A stretch of 64,000 nucleotides of DNA, from the NCBI GenBank assembly GCA_965203295.1, contig CBDBCZ010000011.1, positions 512,001 through 576,000 on the forward strand, written 5' to 3'. This stretch comes from Nitrospirales bacterium. Its GTDB lineage: Bacteria > Nitrospirota > Nitrospiria > Nitrospirales > UBA8639. Positions 51,720 through 63,668 of this stretch are shown in pieces. Position 1 is the first letter of the stretch; the number at the start of each line of letters is the position of its first letter. The position numbers were made by a program, and so were the translations under genes. The notes under the pieces were generated by a model. That model was not told the DNA's origin. It worked only from the letters and a program-made list of their open reading frames with translations, and searched no databases.

Positions 51720-53359
51720 ATAACCCCCAGTTCTTCCATTCGCTGGAGCTCCTGCTTCACTGCCTTCAGGAGAGGGATTGCCACTCGGCGTGGAGTGGAC
51801 AGCGCAAATGGTTTGGCTCCCTCCTGCAGCTCGATGGTGTATTCCCCTTGTAGTTTTCCGAGGCCGTGGAAGAGTGCTGGGAACTGGGTGGCGGGCCTTA
51901 GCTCCTGTTTATCGACTGTTGCGAGGCGAGCAACCAGACCAAGCGCTTCAATGGCTGGTCGTCCAAGCAAGGGCCTGTTTAGTCCTACAACAACGTAGAC
52001 GTCTTCTTTGGCTTCGCAGGTGGCGCTCTTCAGTGTTCCTGTGAACTTTCCTAGAGCTGGGAGGGTGTGATTGTCTGGGCCCCTCAAGGTCCGATCTGAC
52101 GGTGACAGGGGAGGCTGGCCAATGTCCATCCAGACCCGCTTGGAGATCACCGTCACCTCCGCTCCTGTGTCTATGTGGAGACTGACTGGCTTGCCCTGGA
52201 GTTGCAGGGTCACCTCCCAAGGATTGCGGCTCTCTTGTGCCTCTTGCTCCCCAAGCATTCCCAGGAAAGCCTCCTGCGCGCTGCGTGCTGGCCCACTGTC
52301 GGCCTGGATGCCGCCCACCTTAGCTGCTGACCTACAAACAGCCTGAAAGTGTCCGCGTTTGTTGCACTTGCGGCAGGTTGCATCCTTTGCCGGACAGTGT
52401 TGTCGATCGTGGGCAGGGTACTTGCCACACCTGGAGCAGGCAGTACTGCCACCAGGCTGAGTGTGTGTTGTGGCTCTGCTGTTCTGGCTGCCCCTTTGTT
52501 GTTTAGCCCTGTGTCCACTCCTTCCTTTGAGCACTGCGCCCACAGAAGTATCGGGTTTCGTGCTACTTCCGCCTCTGAGCAAGGGGTGCTGGAGTTTGAC
52601 GGCTTCCGCCTGGCGGACCTGAGTGACAGCTTTTTCCAAGGTGAGTTCGGAATCCAGTTGGAACTTCTCAGACAATCGGGCGTTACGTATCCCAACGACG
52701 ATCCGATCGCAGATCATCTCATCGTGGAGGGCCCCGTAACCGCAGTGTTCGGCAAGTGCGTAGAGGGCCGTGACGAAGGCATCTACAGGCTCTCCTTCCT
52801 CCTGCTTGCGTAGGTTAAACCTAGCACGCTCGAAGATGACGTTTCTTCGCTTCACAAAGTGCGCATCGAACTGCGCTTTCACGGAGTCGTATTCCTTCTT
52901 GTCCTCCTCGGACAGAGCAAACGAACGCAAAATGTCGTCCGCCTCGTCGCCCATCGAGTATATGAGCGTGTTCACTTGAGCTTCTTGTCCTTTCGTCTCC
53001 AATCCGGACGCCATTCTGAAGCGTTCGAAGCGGCGGATCCATTTGGTCCACTCTTCGGGATGGCTGAACGTGAAGGGCTCGGGAGCGGCAACTTCGAACG
53101 TGGCCGCTATGTGGTCCTGTCGACCGGTCTCCGTATCTCTCAGGCAATTTCGGCTTGTCAGCTAGCGTAGGGACGCTCCCACTACCGCTGCCACCATGTA
53201 GTATTGCCTAGTAGATCAGAACTCAACTCAACAGATAGACTCCATAGGACTCAGTACAACAATAGAATAGACTGAACAATAGACTGAACTCCACGTGGTA
53301 CACAGTCATGATGTAATGACCTTGATACAAGATGATGTCACATCATACATAATACCACA
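51720..53359 (-). mobile_element. Truncated Ty3/Gypsy LTR retrotransposon (5' LTR, PBS, gag, protease, start of RT)
   Basis: Gag WTKWIRRFERF, two zinc knuckles (CSRCGKYPAH...C, CRKCNKRGHFQAVC), protease IDTGAEV, RT start PRRVAIPLL...MEELGVI. The likely original start now reads ATA (53108-53110). Confidence 0.93.
53182..53359 (-). repeat. 163-bp LTR (53197-53359, TG...CA) and adjacent tRNA-Leu primer-binding site
   Basis: The minus strand reads TGTGGTA...TACTACA then TGGTGGCAGCGGT, complementary to the 3' end of tRNA-Leu (ACCGCTGCCA-CCA). Confidence 0.85.
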
Positions 53360-53597
53360 CCCAGTCCTTCACCATGTTTAGGGAAGGGCCTGAATACGAG
53401 GCTTCGCCAAAGCAATAGTATATACCTTCCGGGAGTGACTAGAGATCCTGCAGTATTTAGACTGGGCCTATCACATTGAATTTTGAATTTTGCTGTCTTT
53501 GTGCTGCATTATATAATCACATGGGAGGCTTTTTGCTAAATACTTGCATAGCTGATATTCATAGCATTTGTGTCCGCTAATCAGTGAATGAATACCA

Positions 53598-53822
53598 TCA
53601 AAGTGCTAAACCCACAAGTGAGATGAATGCTGCCTCTCCACCTGATATATAAGATTGTCCTAGCCTCGTTCCCAGGCCTCCGCACAGCTTTTGTCGCTTG
53701 TCCTATAATGATGTTTACATGTATCTTTTTTGAAATACAGTGTTACCTTCTGTAGTGAAAGTAGCACAGGTTGGAATGATAGCAGTGAGTAACACAGGCA
53801 TGGCAATCACTGGCCACATCAT
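53598..53822 (-). other. C4-derived mini-gene B (signal exon 53747-53822 + exon 53598-53641)
   Basis: Spliced [42 protein letters not shown]. Confidence 0.65.
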
Positions 53823-54247
53823 GGTTCAGAGCTCTTTCTTACTAACTTGCTTGTGTTCACTGTAACCTGCTGTGATTATGTCTCTAAATAGTTCTTTATA
53901 TTATATCCTCTATACAACATGTAGTTGCTGATATTTTTAGTGTACTGCCAGTGTGTAGTCACATGCTCCCTCGCCAGCTTCCTTAGCTCGATTTGCTTCT
54001 GCTTCTTCAAAAATACATTATGACTAGTATTTAAGTTTGACAATTAAGATGTGAATAAATATCATCAAAGTGCCAAACCCAGGGATGGTACAAGTGAAGA
54101 CTGGATACGTCAAAATTGGGGGATACAAAACAAGGTTACAAGAGATACTAGTATTGCAGTATAATCTTTCTAAACTAAACTAGTGTCGGTTCAGTAGCTT
54201 GTGCTTGCAGTGTGAGTTTGTTGGAACAGTCAGTAGCAGTTACTGTA

Positions 54248-55326
54248 TCACTTGGTGCACACGACACAGGTCAGTTCTTTCTGTGGGTCGTAGGGTGGGC
54301 AGGGGAGTTCATCGCAAGTGGCCTCAGTGTGGTAGAACAAAACAGGATTCGTGTTTGCAGCACTGCCTGGTACACCCTCTGCATCTTTGTCTAAGCACTC
54401 GAACATTGATCGGTGATGACCTTTGTTTGCTGACATGAGGTAGCCAGTGTACTCACGAGTCCAGGAGGGTGGACACTGGGTCTTTGCAGGGATCATGAGA
54501 ACTGTCACTCTGGCTGAGGCAAGACACACTACACAAGGTACATCATGTTGGTAGACTGACCTCAGAGGATCTGCACTTGAGAAAGTTTCGTACTCAGCCC
54601 CACGGACTGGACTGTAGCCCTGCACTCCAGCCCCGTATAGTAGATAGTCTGGATTTTCTGGCATGCAGAGGTGGTTGGCTGCTCCTCCTTGAGTGTTGTA
54701 ATGTGTTCCTCCAGCCCTTCCTGCATAGACCAGCTCTGTTCCTGTTGTGTTGGGGCAGGTTGTTCGTCCCCAGCGAGTGTAGACCACCCCTCCACCGCTT
54801 GGGCCAGGAGGTCCAGGTGGACCTTGGTCACCAGAGGGTCCTCTCTCCCCATCTACCCCATTCCTGCCTGCAGGTCCAATGGGTCCAGGTGGGCCTTGGT
54901 TACCATCAAGTCCAGGTGGGCCTTGGTCACCAGAGGGTCCCCTCTCCCCATCCACCCCATCCCTGCCTGCAGGTCCAGGTGGGCCTTGGTTGCCAGAGGG
55001 TCCCCTCTCCCCATCCACCCCATCCCTGCCTGCAGGTCCAGTTGGTCCAGGTGGACCTGGCAGCCCATCACGACCGTCACGACCTTCCTTGCCATCTTGC
55101 CCGTTTTGTCCTCGCAGTAACTCAATAAGAGGGTTAAAATCAAAGCGGTCAGTTTCCTCGTGTGTGTTCCTCTTGGTGAGTGCTGCCACTCCACCTGATG
55201 TGATTGAGGAACAATAAACTCATTTAGCTATCTCCAATTTAATTTCATACCTTCTGTAGTGGAGGCTGCACAGATGAGGATGATGGTAGTAAGCAACACT
55301 GGTACAGCATTCACTCGCCACATCAT
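54248..55326 (-). CDS. Short-chain collagen C4, copy 4; exons 55251-55326 and 54248-55194; 35 GXY triplets
   Basis: Intact two-exon ORF; TATA-like TATATAAAG about 75 nt upstream of the ATG (about 55400-55409, minus). Confidence 0.93.
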
Positions 55327-55678
55327 GGTTCAGAGCTTTGTGTATTACGTACTCGAAGCTACTCGCTTGAAAACCTTGTGATCATGGCTCTGGGTGGTTC
55401 TTTATATATCCACCCCTGGCTGAGCCCTATACTTCATGCATACCACACTGGCTATGTTTATGATTACGGCTCGTGGGTGGCTTGAGGCTGGTGGACGTCA
55501 CTGCTCTCTGAGAGCAACATGTTTACCGAGCTGACTGTTTTTGCTCAGACTAGTTTGTGGGAGATGTAGTAGCCTCTCAGAAGGTCTGTGTGGAGTATCC
55601 CTGAGGCTGTGTACTGTGTGTGCCATATTTGCATCACCCGTACTCACTGACTATGAATTGTGGCCACCTTACAATAAC

Positions 55679-56210
55679 TAGACATCTCTAGCAGACGCAT
55701 ACCCCACACTACTTTTTTTGGACTCTAGACTTGCCTTGTCTGGTGGAGCAGCCGGCTCTGTAGAGCGTAAAAGAGTCGTATACCACGTGCTCGTGTAATA
55801 GCGCCGCATTCAAGCTGTGGGCATGTGCCGTATTAATGCCACAGACACTTCTCTATGTATACTCTAGCGAGAACCTGTGTCCTGAGACCGTTTATGCCTG
55901 CCCTTTGTCGTATTCAAGTTCTTTAACCTAACTGTGTTAAATAAGAAAGAGCTGGATATGCGGAAAGTAGAAACCACTTTGGTCACTATCAGGTACACAT
56001 GTCAAGATTTCAATAGCAATGGTTTAACCCTGCAAATCACAGGAATACAAAATTTTCATTGGACAGACAGACGATAGACAGACAGAACTAATTGCTTATA
56101 GCCTATTTAGAGCCAGCTGCTCCACTGGGCCAGGCAAGCCTGGCGTTCAGAGTCCAGGGTCCTGTATGTAAATTATGTAGCGCGGGGTTTGTCTCTACTA
56201 GAGATTTGTA
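55679..56210. mobile_element. Long-TIR non-autonomous element, duplicated with the unit (second copy about 59317-59837)
   Basis: Inverted arms cttgccttgtctggtggagcagccggctct / agagccagctgctccactgggccaggcaag, with outer tctctag / ctagaga. Confidence 0.65.
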
Positions 56211-58039
56211 GTTCTGACTATAGTTCATGAGGTTGTGTATAGTAACTTTATGTACATTACACTTGCTTGTGTTTCGTGGGTGGTTTGAGCAACATGTTTA
56301 CTACTGTACAAACTGTTTTTATTCTGACTAGTTTTTGGGAGACACAGTAGCTAACCTCCCAGAAGGTTTGATATTTGTGTGTGTGGGGTAATACTGTGTA
56401 TGTATAGTGTACCTATGATAGCTATTTCTGTAGTTTACATAACCTGCACTCACTGACAGTGAATTCTGGCCACTTTGCAGTTATGATGATGGATACATCA
56501 ACCCATCTTTGCACTCTGATCTGGCTGACATTTGATCCCATTCCCTTGCTATTGCCAGTAGTAGCACGCTTTGATGGACAGTAATGGCTTTGGCAGGGCC
56601 ATAGGAATTATTTTACTTTAGTCAGGCTTGCAGGGCACTCCGTAAGAATGCAAGCGAAGCATGCCCGCATGATTTCAGGTGTTTTGAGATCATCGACAAT
56701 CTTGGGATGAAATATCATGTGTTGGACCACCTACTTCCAAGCCTAACCTTTATGCTTGAAGCCTAGCTTTAAAGGCATGGCTCCGCTTCGCTCTAAGACT
56801 GTGTACGCATTGTATTGTCGCCAGAGGATGCACGTAAGTGCATATATTGTGTGTGGTAATCGTGTTCAATCCAAACTGTCACTGAACGCTTTCAAAACTG
56901 CTCAGCAAGGAAGTGCTACTCAGCCTTGTTGGTGGTATAGCCAGCTGCTTAATTTACTGCACGCCAGGCTTACGTCACGCATGTAATGCCCGCTTGTCTG
57001 TGCCGGGGGACTTTTTTGTCAGTGTGCCGAGCTTTGGTCCGACAGCTGCCGCACCTGCCATACCTGTTCCCATGGCCTTGTTTGGTGTTACTTATCTCAT
57101 CTGGCTGCCATGTTTATGCAATAGTAGTGCCCTGTACTCGCAAAAATAACAAAAGAAATCTTTTTTATTTTCACGAGTGCGGGGAAGACCTGGGTTTGAA
57201 GCTACCAAAACCACTGGATGGTATAGTGAAAATTGGCATTCACTGGTCATGTCATGATCCAGTGCTCTGTATCGAAGCTACTAAACCTTGCGATCATGAC
57301 CCTGAGCAGTTCTTAATATACTCCCTGCCCTATACAGTAATTACACTGGCTATGTTTATGATTACGGCTTGTGGGTGGCTTGAGGCTGGTAGACGTCACT
57401 GCTCTCTGAGAGCAACATGTTTACCGTGGAAACTGTTTTTATTCTGACGTAGTATACCCTCCCTGGAGATTTCATATTTTTGTGTGGGGTATTCCTGAGG
57501 CTGTGCTCACGTCATACCTATTTTCCATATTTGACTCACCCCTACTCACTCACTATGAATTCTGGGCACTTTGCAATAACAATGATGGATAAGTCCGGCC
57601 ACCTTTGCACTGTGATCTGGCCAAAATATTCGACATAGGTGTTCCCTCACCCTTGCTATAGCCTGTAGTAGCATGGTTTAATAACTTTTGGTAAAATGAT
57701 CTGAACGGTTCTTTATATACCTTTTATACAGCATGTAGTTGCTGTTATGTTTAGTGCGCTACCAGTGTGTAGTGCTTCTTCATCAGCTTCCTTAGCCCAT
57801 ATACTCCTGCTTCTTCAAAGATACTTATAATCATGTTTGTAAGTGAAAATCATCAAAGTGCAAAACACATGGATAATATTAGTGAAATGTTTGGAGGGCT
57901 GGCTACGTGAAATTTGGGGGATACAAAACAAAGACACTATAAGTATTGCACAAAGTTTTTATGAACTGAGCTAGCATGTGGTTCAGTAGTTGTGAGAGTG
58001 ATAGTGAGAGTTGTGGAACAGTCAGTAGAGGTTACTGTA

Positions 58040-58989
58040 TCACTTGGTGCACACGACACAGGTCAGTTCTTTCTGTGGATCGTAGGGTGGGCAGAGGAGT
58101 TCATCACAGGTAGCCTCAGTGTGCCAGAGTGTAGCAGGATTTGTGTTTGCAGCACTGCCTGGTACAGTCTCTGGATCTTTGTCTACGCACTCAAACATTG
58201 ATCGGTGATGGTTTGCATGTACACGCTCTGCCATAAGGTAGCCAGTGTACTCGAGGGTCCAGGAGGGTGGACACTGGGTCTTTGCAGGGATCATGAGAAC
58301 TACCACTCTGACTGAGGTGCAACACACCACACAGGGTGCATCATGTTGGAAGACTGACCTCAGAGGATCTGTACTTGAAGCAGTTTCATACTCGACCCCA
58401 TAAACTGGACTGTAGCCCTGCACTCCAGCCCCGTACCGTAGATAGTCTGGGTTGTCTGGCATGCAGAGGTAGTTGGCTGCTCCTCCTTGAGCGTTGAAAT
58501 GTGTTCCTCCAGCCCTTCCTGCGTAGACCAGCTCTGTTCCTGGTGTGTTGGGGCAGGTTGTTCGTCCCCAGCGAGTGTAGACAACCCCTCTACTGCTTGG
58601 GCCAGGAAGTCCAGGTGGGCCTTGGTTGCCATCAAGTCCAGGTGGGCCTTGGTTGCCAGAGGGTCCCCTCTCCCCATCCACCCCATCCCTGCCTGCAGGT
58701 CCAGTGGGTCCAGGTGGACCTGGCAGCCCATCACGACCGTCACGACCTTCCTTGCCATCTTGCCCGTTTTGTCCTCGCAGTAACTCAATAAGAGGGTTGA
58801 AGTCAAAGCGGTCAGTTTCCTCGTGTGAGTTCCTCTTGGTGAGTGCTGCCACTCCACCTGATGTGATTGAGGAACATTAAACTCATTTAGCTATCTCCAA
58901 TTTAATTTCCTACCTTCTGTAGTGGAGGCTGCACAGATGAGGATGATGGCAGTAAGCAACACTGGTACAGCATTCACTCGCCACATCAT
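58040..58989 (-). CDS. Short-chain collagen C4, copy 5; exons 58914-58989 and 58040-58857; 20 GXY triplets
   Basis: Intact two-exon ORF with the same architecture as copies 1 and 4. Confidence 0.93.
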
Positions 58990-61665
58990 GGTTCAGAGCT
59001 TTGTGTATTACGTACTCGAAGTTACTCGCTTGAAAACTTTGGGATCATGGCTCTGGGTGGTTCTTTATATATCCACCCCAGGCTGAGCTCTATACTTCAT
59101 GCATACCACACTAGCTATGTTTATGATTACGGCTCGTGGGTGGCTTGAGGCTGGTGGACGTCACTGCTCTCTGAGAGCAACATGTTTACCTCGCTGACTA
59201 ACATCTCAGATGGTTCAATAGTTTTGTGTGGAGTATCCCTGAGGCTGTGTACTTTGTGTGCCATAATTTCATTACCCGTACTCACTGGGTATGAATTTTG
59301 GCCACTTTACGATAGCTAGAAGTCTCTAGCAGACACATACCTTTTTGCACTCTAGACTTGCCTTGTCTGGTGGAGTAGCCGGCTCTGTAAAGCGTAAAAG
59401 AGTCGTATACCATGTACTCGTGTAATAGCGCCGCATTCAAGCTGTGGGCATGTGCCGTATTAAAGACACAGACACTTCTCTACGTATACTCTAATATGAA
59501 CCCGTGTCCTGAGACCGTGTATGCCTGCCCTCTGTCTTATTCAAGTTCTTGAACCTTACTGTGTTAAATTGGAAGAGCTGGATATGTGGAGAGTAGAAAC
59601 CACTTTGATCACTATCAGGTACACATGTCAAGATTTCAATAGCAATGGTTTAACCCTGCAAATCACAGGAATACAAAATTTTCATTGGACAGACAGACGA
59701 TAGACAGACAGAACTAATTGTTTATAGCCTATTCAGAGCCAGCTGCTCCACTGGGCCAGGCAAGTCTGCCATTCAGAGTTCAGGGTCCTGTATGTAAATT
59801 ATGTAGCGTGGGGTTTGTCTCTACTAGAGACTTCTAGTTCTGACTATAGTTCGTGAGGTTGTGTATAGTAACTTTATGTACATTACACTTGCTTGTGTTT
59901 TGTGGGTGGCTTGAGGCTGGTAGACGTCACTGCTTTCCGCTAGCCGTGTGTTTACTACTGTACAAACTGTTTTTATTCTGACTAGTTTTTGGGAGACACA
60001 GTAGCTAACCTCCCAGAAGGTTTAATATTTGTGTGTGTGGGGTAATACTGTGTATGTATTATGTACCTATGATAGCTATTTCTGTAGTTTACATAACCTG
60101 CACTCACTGACAGTGAATTCTGGCCACTTTGCAGTTATGATGATGGATACATCAGGCCACCTCAGCACTCTGATCTGGCTGACATTTGATCCCATGCCCT
60201 TGCTGTTGCCTGTAGTAGCACGTTTTGTTGGACAGTAATGGCTTTGGCAGGGCCATAGGAATTATTTTACTTTAGTCAGGCTTGCAGGGCACTCCGTAAG
60301 AATGCAAGCGAAGCATGCCCGCTAGGGGATCCGAGGGCATGATTTCAGAAGTTTTGACAATCTTGGGATGAAATATCATGCGTTGGACCACCTACTTCCA
60401 AGCCTAGCCTTTATGCTTGAAGCCTAGCTTTAAAGGCATAGCTCCGCTTTACTCTAAGACTGTGTACGCATTGTAACGTCACCAGAAGATGCATGTATTG
60501 TGTGTGGTAATCGTGTTCAATCCAAACTGTCACTTTGGAAAGCTGAACGCTTTCAAAACTGCTTGGCAAGGAAGTGCTACTCAGCCATGTTGACGGTACA
60601 GCCAGCTGCTTAATTTACTGCACGCCAGGCTTACATCAGGCGTGTGATGCCCGCTTGTCTGTGCCGGGGGACTTTTTTGTCAGTGTGCCGAGCTTTGATC
60701 CGACAGCTGCCGCACCTGCCATACCTGTTCCCATGGCCCTGTCGGGTGTTACTTATCTCATCTGGCTGCCATGTTTATGCTATAGTAATCATGTGCTCCC
60801 TCGTACCCAAGCCTTTGCCATGTTTAGGGAAGGGTTAGGGTTGAGGTTAGGGCCTTCCTCATACTCGTAAAAGTAAGAAGATAAGTACCAGCCTTCCCTG
60901 TACTCGCAAAAATACAAAAAGAAATCTGTTTCTTTTTATTTTCACGAGTGCGGGGAAGACCTCGGTTTGAAGCTACCAAAACCACTGGATGGTATAGTAA
61001 AATTTGGCATTCGCTGGTCATGTCATGATCCAGTGCTCTGAATCGAAGCTACTAAACCTTGCGATCATGACCCTGAGCAGTTCTTAATATACTCCCTGCC
61101 CTATACAGTAATTACACTGGCTATGTTTATGATTACGGCTTGTGGGTGGGTGGCTTGAGGCTGGTGGACGTCACTGCTCTCTGAGAGCAACATGTTTACC
61201 GTGGAGACTGTTTTCATTCTGATGTAGTATACCCTCCCTGGAGATTTCATATTTTTGTGTGGGGTATTCCTGAGGCTGTGCTCACGTCATATCATATTTG
61301 ACTCACCCCTACTCACTGACTATGAATCCTGGGCACTTTGCAATAACAATGATGGATACATCCGGCCACCTTTGCACTGTGATCTGGCTGAAATATTCGA
61401 CATAGGTGTTCCCTCACCCTTGCTATAGCCTGTTGTAGCATGGTTTGATGACTTTTGGTGAAATGATCTGGCAGCCATGTTTATATTATAGCAGTCATGT
61501 ACTCCCTCATACCCAATCGTTCACCACATTTAGGAAAGGGCCAAAATACAAGCCTTCGCTAAAGCGACAGTATATATCTTTCGTGAATAACTAGAGATTC
61601 TGTGGTATTATAGACTTTGGCTGTCACATTTAATTTAGCTGTCTGTGTGCTGCATTGTGTAGTCA

Positions 61666-62375
61666 CAGAAGTTGGAAAAACCATGACGACACACATATTA
61701 TGTCACATTACCATCATGTCAACATAATTGCATTCTTTACATTTCACGCATGATTAAATTCCGTATACTAGTACGTGTACGTAAACTGCAAGCAGCATGG
61801 CTAACTCAGTTTCATGATCTAGGGGCTCCTGCAGCACTTTGGAAGAATCTCTATTACTTGGAAAAGGTGGTTAGAGTTTGTTTCTCAGTGTTTCCCAATA
61901 TACTAAGCTAGCCCTCTGGAGGGCTAGTAACGCGACATAGGCCACGGTCCATTCAGTATCAGTAAGCAGGTACATACATAACGGTCAATTCCAGCCCTCA
62001 GTAGTGTTCTTCTGTACAGATTCCTGTCTGGAATACTTATGCAGTTGATGTAAGTGATGCCTACTAGGATATAGCACAATCTAGGTGTACAATGCTAGTG
62101 TAAAGTAAGCTAACAATAATAGCCTTTCAGCTACCATTATTCTTTCCCAGATTTCTTTTGAAAAACTCTTGGGCGCAGTGGGACGCTGTCAGTTTTCTTG
62201 AACTAAGCCCACCAGTGCTACCACTTCAGTACTTGAACCATCTATGAAATAGTTATGCTTATTAAACAGCAGAGAGGCTGAAAATCTCTATGGCCATTGC
62301 TATACTTAAGTGACATCATTTCATTGGTCAAATGCTATTTTCGATATGCACATGGGTCTTGTCTGACTTCCTCTG
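61666..62375. mobile_element. Second copy of the CAGAGG-TIR element, 9-bp TSD gtgtagtca
   Basis: Homologous to 28037-28731; the empty site is visible in the paralogous unit near 50045. Confidence 0.88.
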
Positions 62376-62426
62376 GTGTAGTCACATGTGAGAACACTTT
62401 CTGCTAATTACTCGCATGGCGGATAT

Positions 62427-62631
62427 TCATAGACTTGTGTCTGCTAATCGTGAATGAATGCCATCACAAACCACAAGTGAGATGGATGCTGTCTCTCCAC
62501 CTGATAAGATTGTAGATTCATTTGACTACATGTATCTTTTAAAATGTAGTGTTACCTGCTGTAGTGCAGGCTGCACAGGCTGGAATGATGGCAGTAAGTA
62601 GCACAGGCATGGCATTCACTGGCCACGTCAT
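62427..62631 (-). other. C4-derived mini-gene C (signal exon 62556-62631 + exon 62427-62500)
   Basis: ATG, 76-nt exon, GT/AG retained; tail GGETASISLVVCDGIHSRLADTSL*. Confidence 0.6.
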
Positions 62632-62795
62632 GGTTCACAGCTCTTTCTTACTAACTTGCTCGTTTTCACTATAACCTGCTGTGATCATGTCTCTGATGTT
62701 TAGTGTACTGGCAGTGAGTAATCACATGCTCCCTCGCCAGCTTCCTTAGCTCAATTTGGTCCTGCTTCTTCAAAGATACTTTATGACTAGTAATT

Positions 62796-63467
62796 GTGAC
62801 CGGATTTGCGAAAAGGGACCACATAGCGCAAATATTGATTTTGAGTTCTTACCTTCTGATGGGGTTATTTTTGAAATTTGGTGGCGATCGGACGCTCGGT
62901 TCCCGAGATACAACCTGAAACGCTAACTCATGACGAAAACTTACGTGTCGCGTAATCGTAGTGTTTTGACGTTGCTACGGTATACCGTACTTCCACATAC
63001 TATCCGTATCATGAACGCGTTTTGTACGTAGCTTCATCGACCTAGCCGCCTTACCTATGGCAAACGGAGACTCTAGTCTCGATACCAGCCCTAATCAGGC
63101 GATCACCGACCTGATTAGGGCTGGTATCGAGACTACGGAGACTTTGGTAAGTTGAAGAGAGAGGAGAGAGATGAATGAAGCTAGCAGACTGTGTAAAAAG
63201 ATACCACTTGCTGTAACAGCGTCTTGTACACCCATAGCAACGTGTACCGTATACTAACTTACGACGATAATACGGCCGTAAGTTGGGCTTTTAGCGCCTT
63301 GATGGCAGTAGAGCCAGGCTTCATGCTTCAATTACTTGTAGCCTAAGGTCCTGCGGACCCATTCATGCTATAATCGTACTTTGGCTGAAAACTTACCTTG
63401 GTCAAAATGCTTTATAACTCGAAATCAATATTTGCGCTATGTGGTCCCTTTTTGCAAATCCGGTCAC
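62796..63467. mobile_element. ~670-bp young MITE with ~50-bp TIRs, AATT target duplication (Sola1-like, tentative); contains a nested TAGTCTCG...CGAGACTA MITE at 63074-63135
   Basis: aatt|gtgaccggatttgcgaaaagggaccacatagcgcaaatattgattt ... aaatcaatatttgcgctatgtggtccctttttgcaaatccggtcac|aatt; absent from the paralogous units. Confidence 0.88.
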
Positions 63468-63668
63468 AATTATGTTTGCCAATTTAGATGTGAATAATAT
63501 CATCAAAGTGCAAAACCCATAGAAGGTACAAGTGAAGGCTGGCTACGTCAAAATTGGGGGATACAAAACAAGGTTACAAGAGATACTAGTATTGCAGAGC
63601 TAGTGTGTGGTTCAGTAGCTTATGCTTGCAGTGTGAGTTTGTGGGAACAGTCAGTAGCAGTTACTGTA

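Larger units (their letters stand above)
55200..61470. repeat. Tandem segmental duplication, period about 3.7 kb (about 55200-57700 vs 58860-61470); further partial copies at 49200-51640 and 53360-54250
   Basis: Long near-identical non-coding blocks, e.g. 55720-57150 vs 59350-60790 and 57140-57700 vs 60900-61470. Confidence 0.9.

Noticed and set aside
51702..53170. Many overlapping ORFs within the Gypsy element
   Set aside because: Shadow frames of GC-rich gag-pro sequence.
56756..57447. ORFs in the duplicated spacer of the collagen array
   Set aside because: Frames are not preserved in the paralogous copy at 60420-61200.
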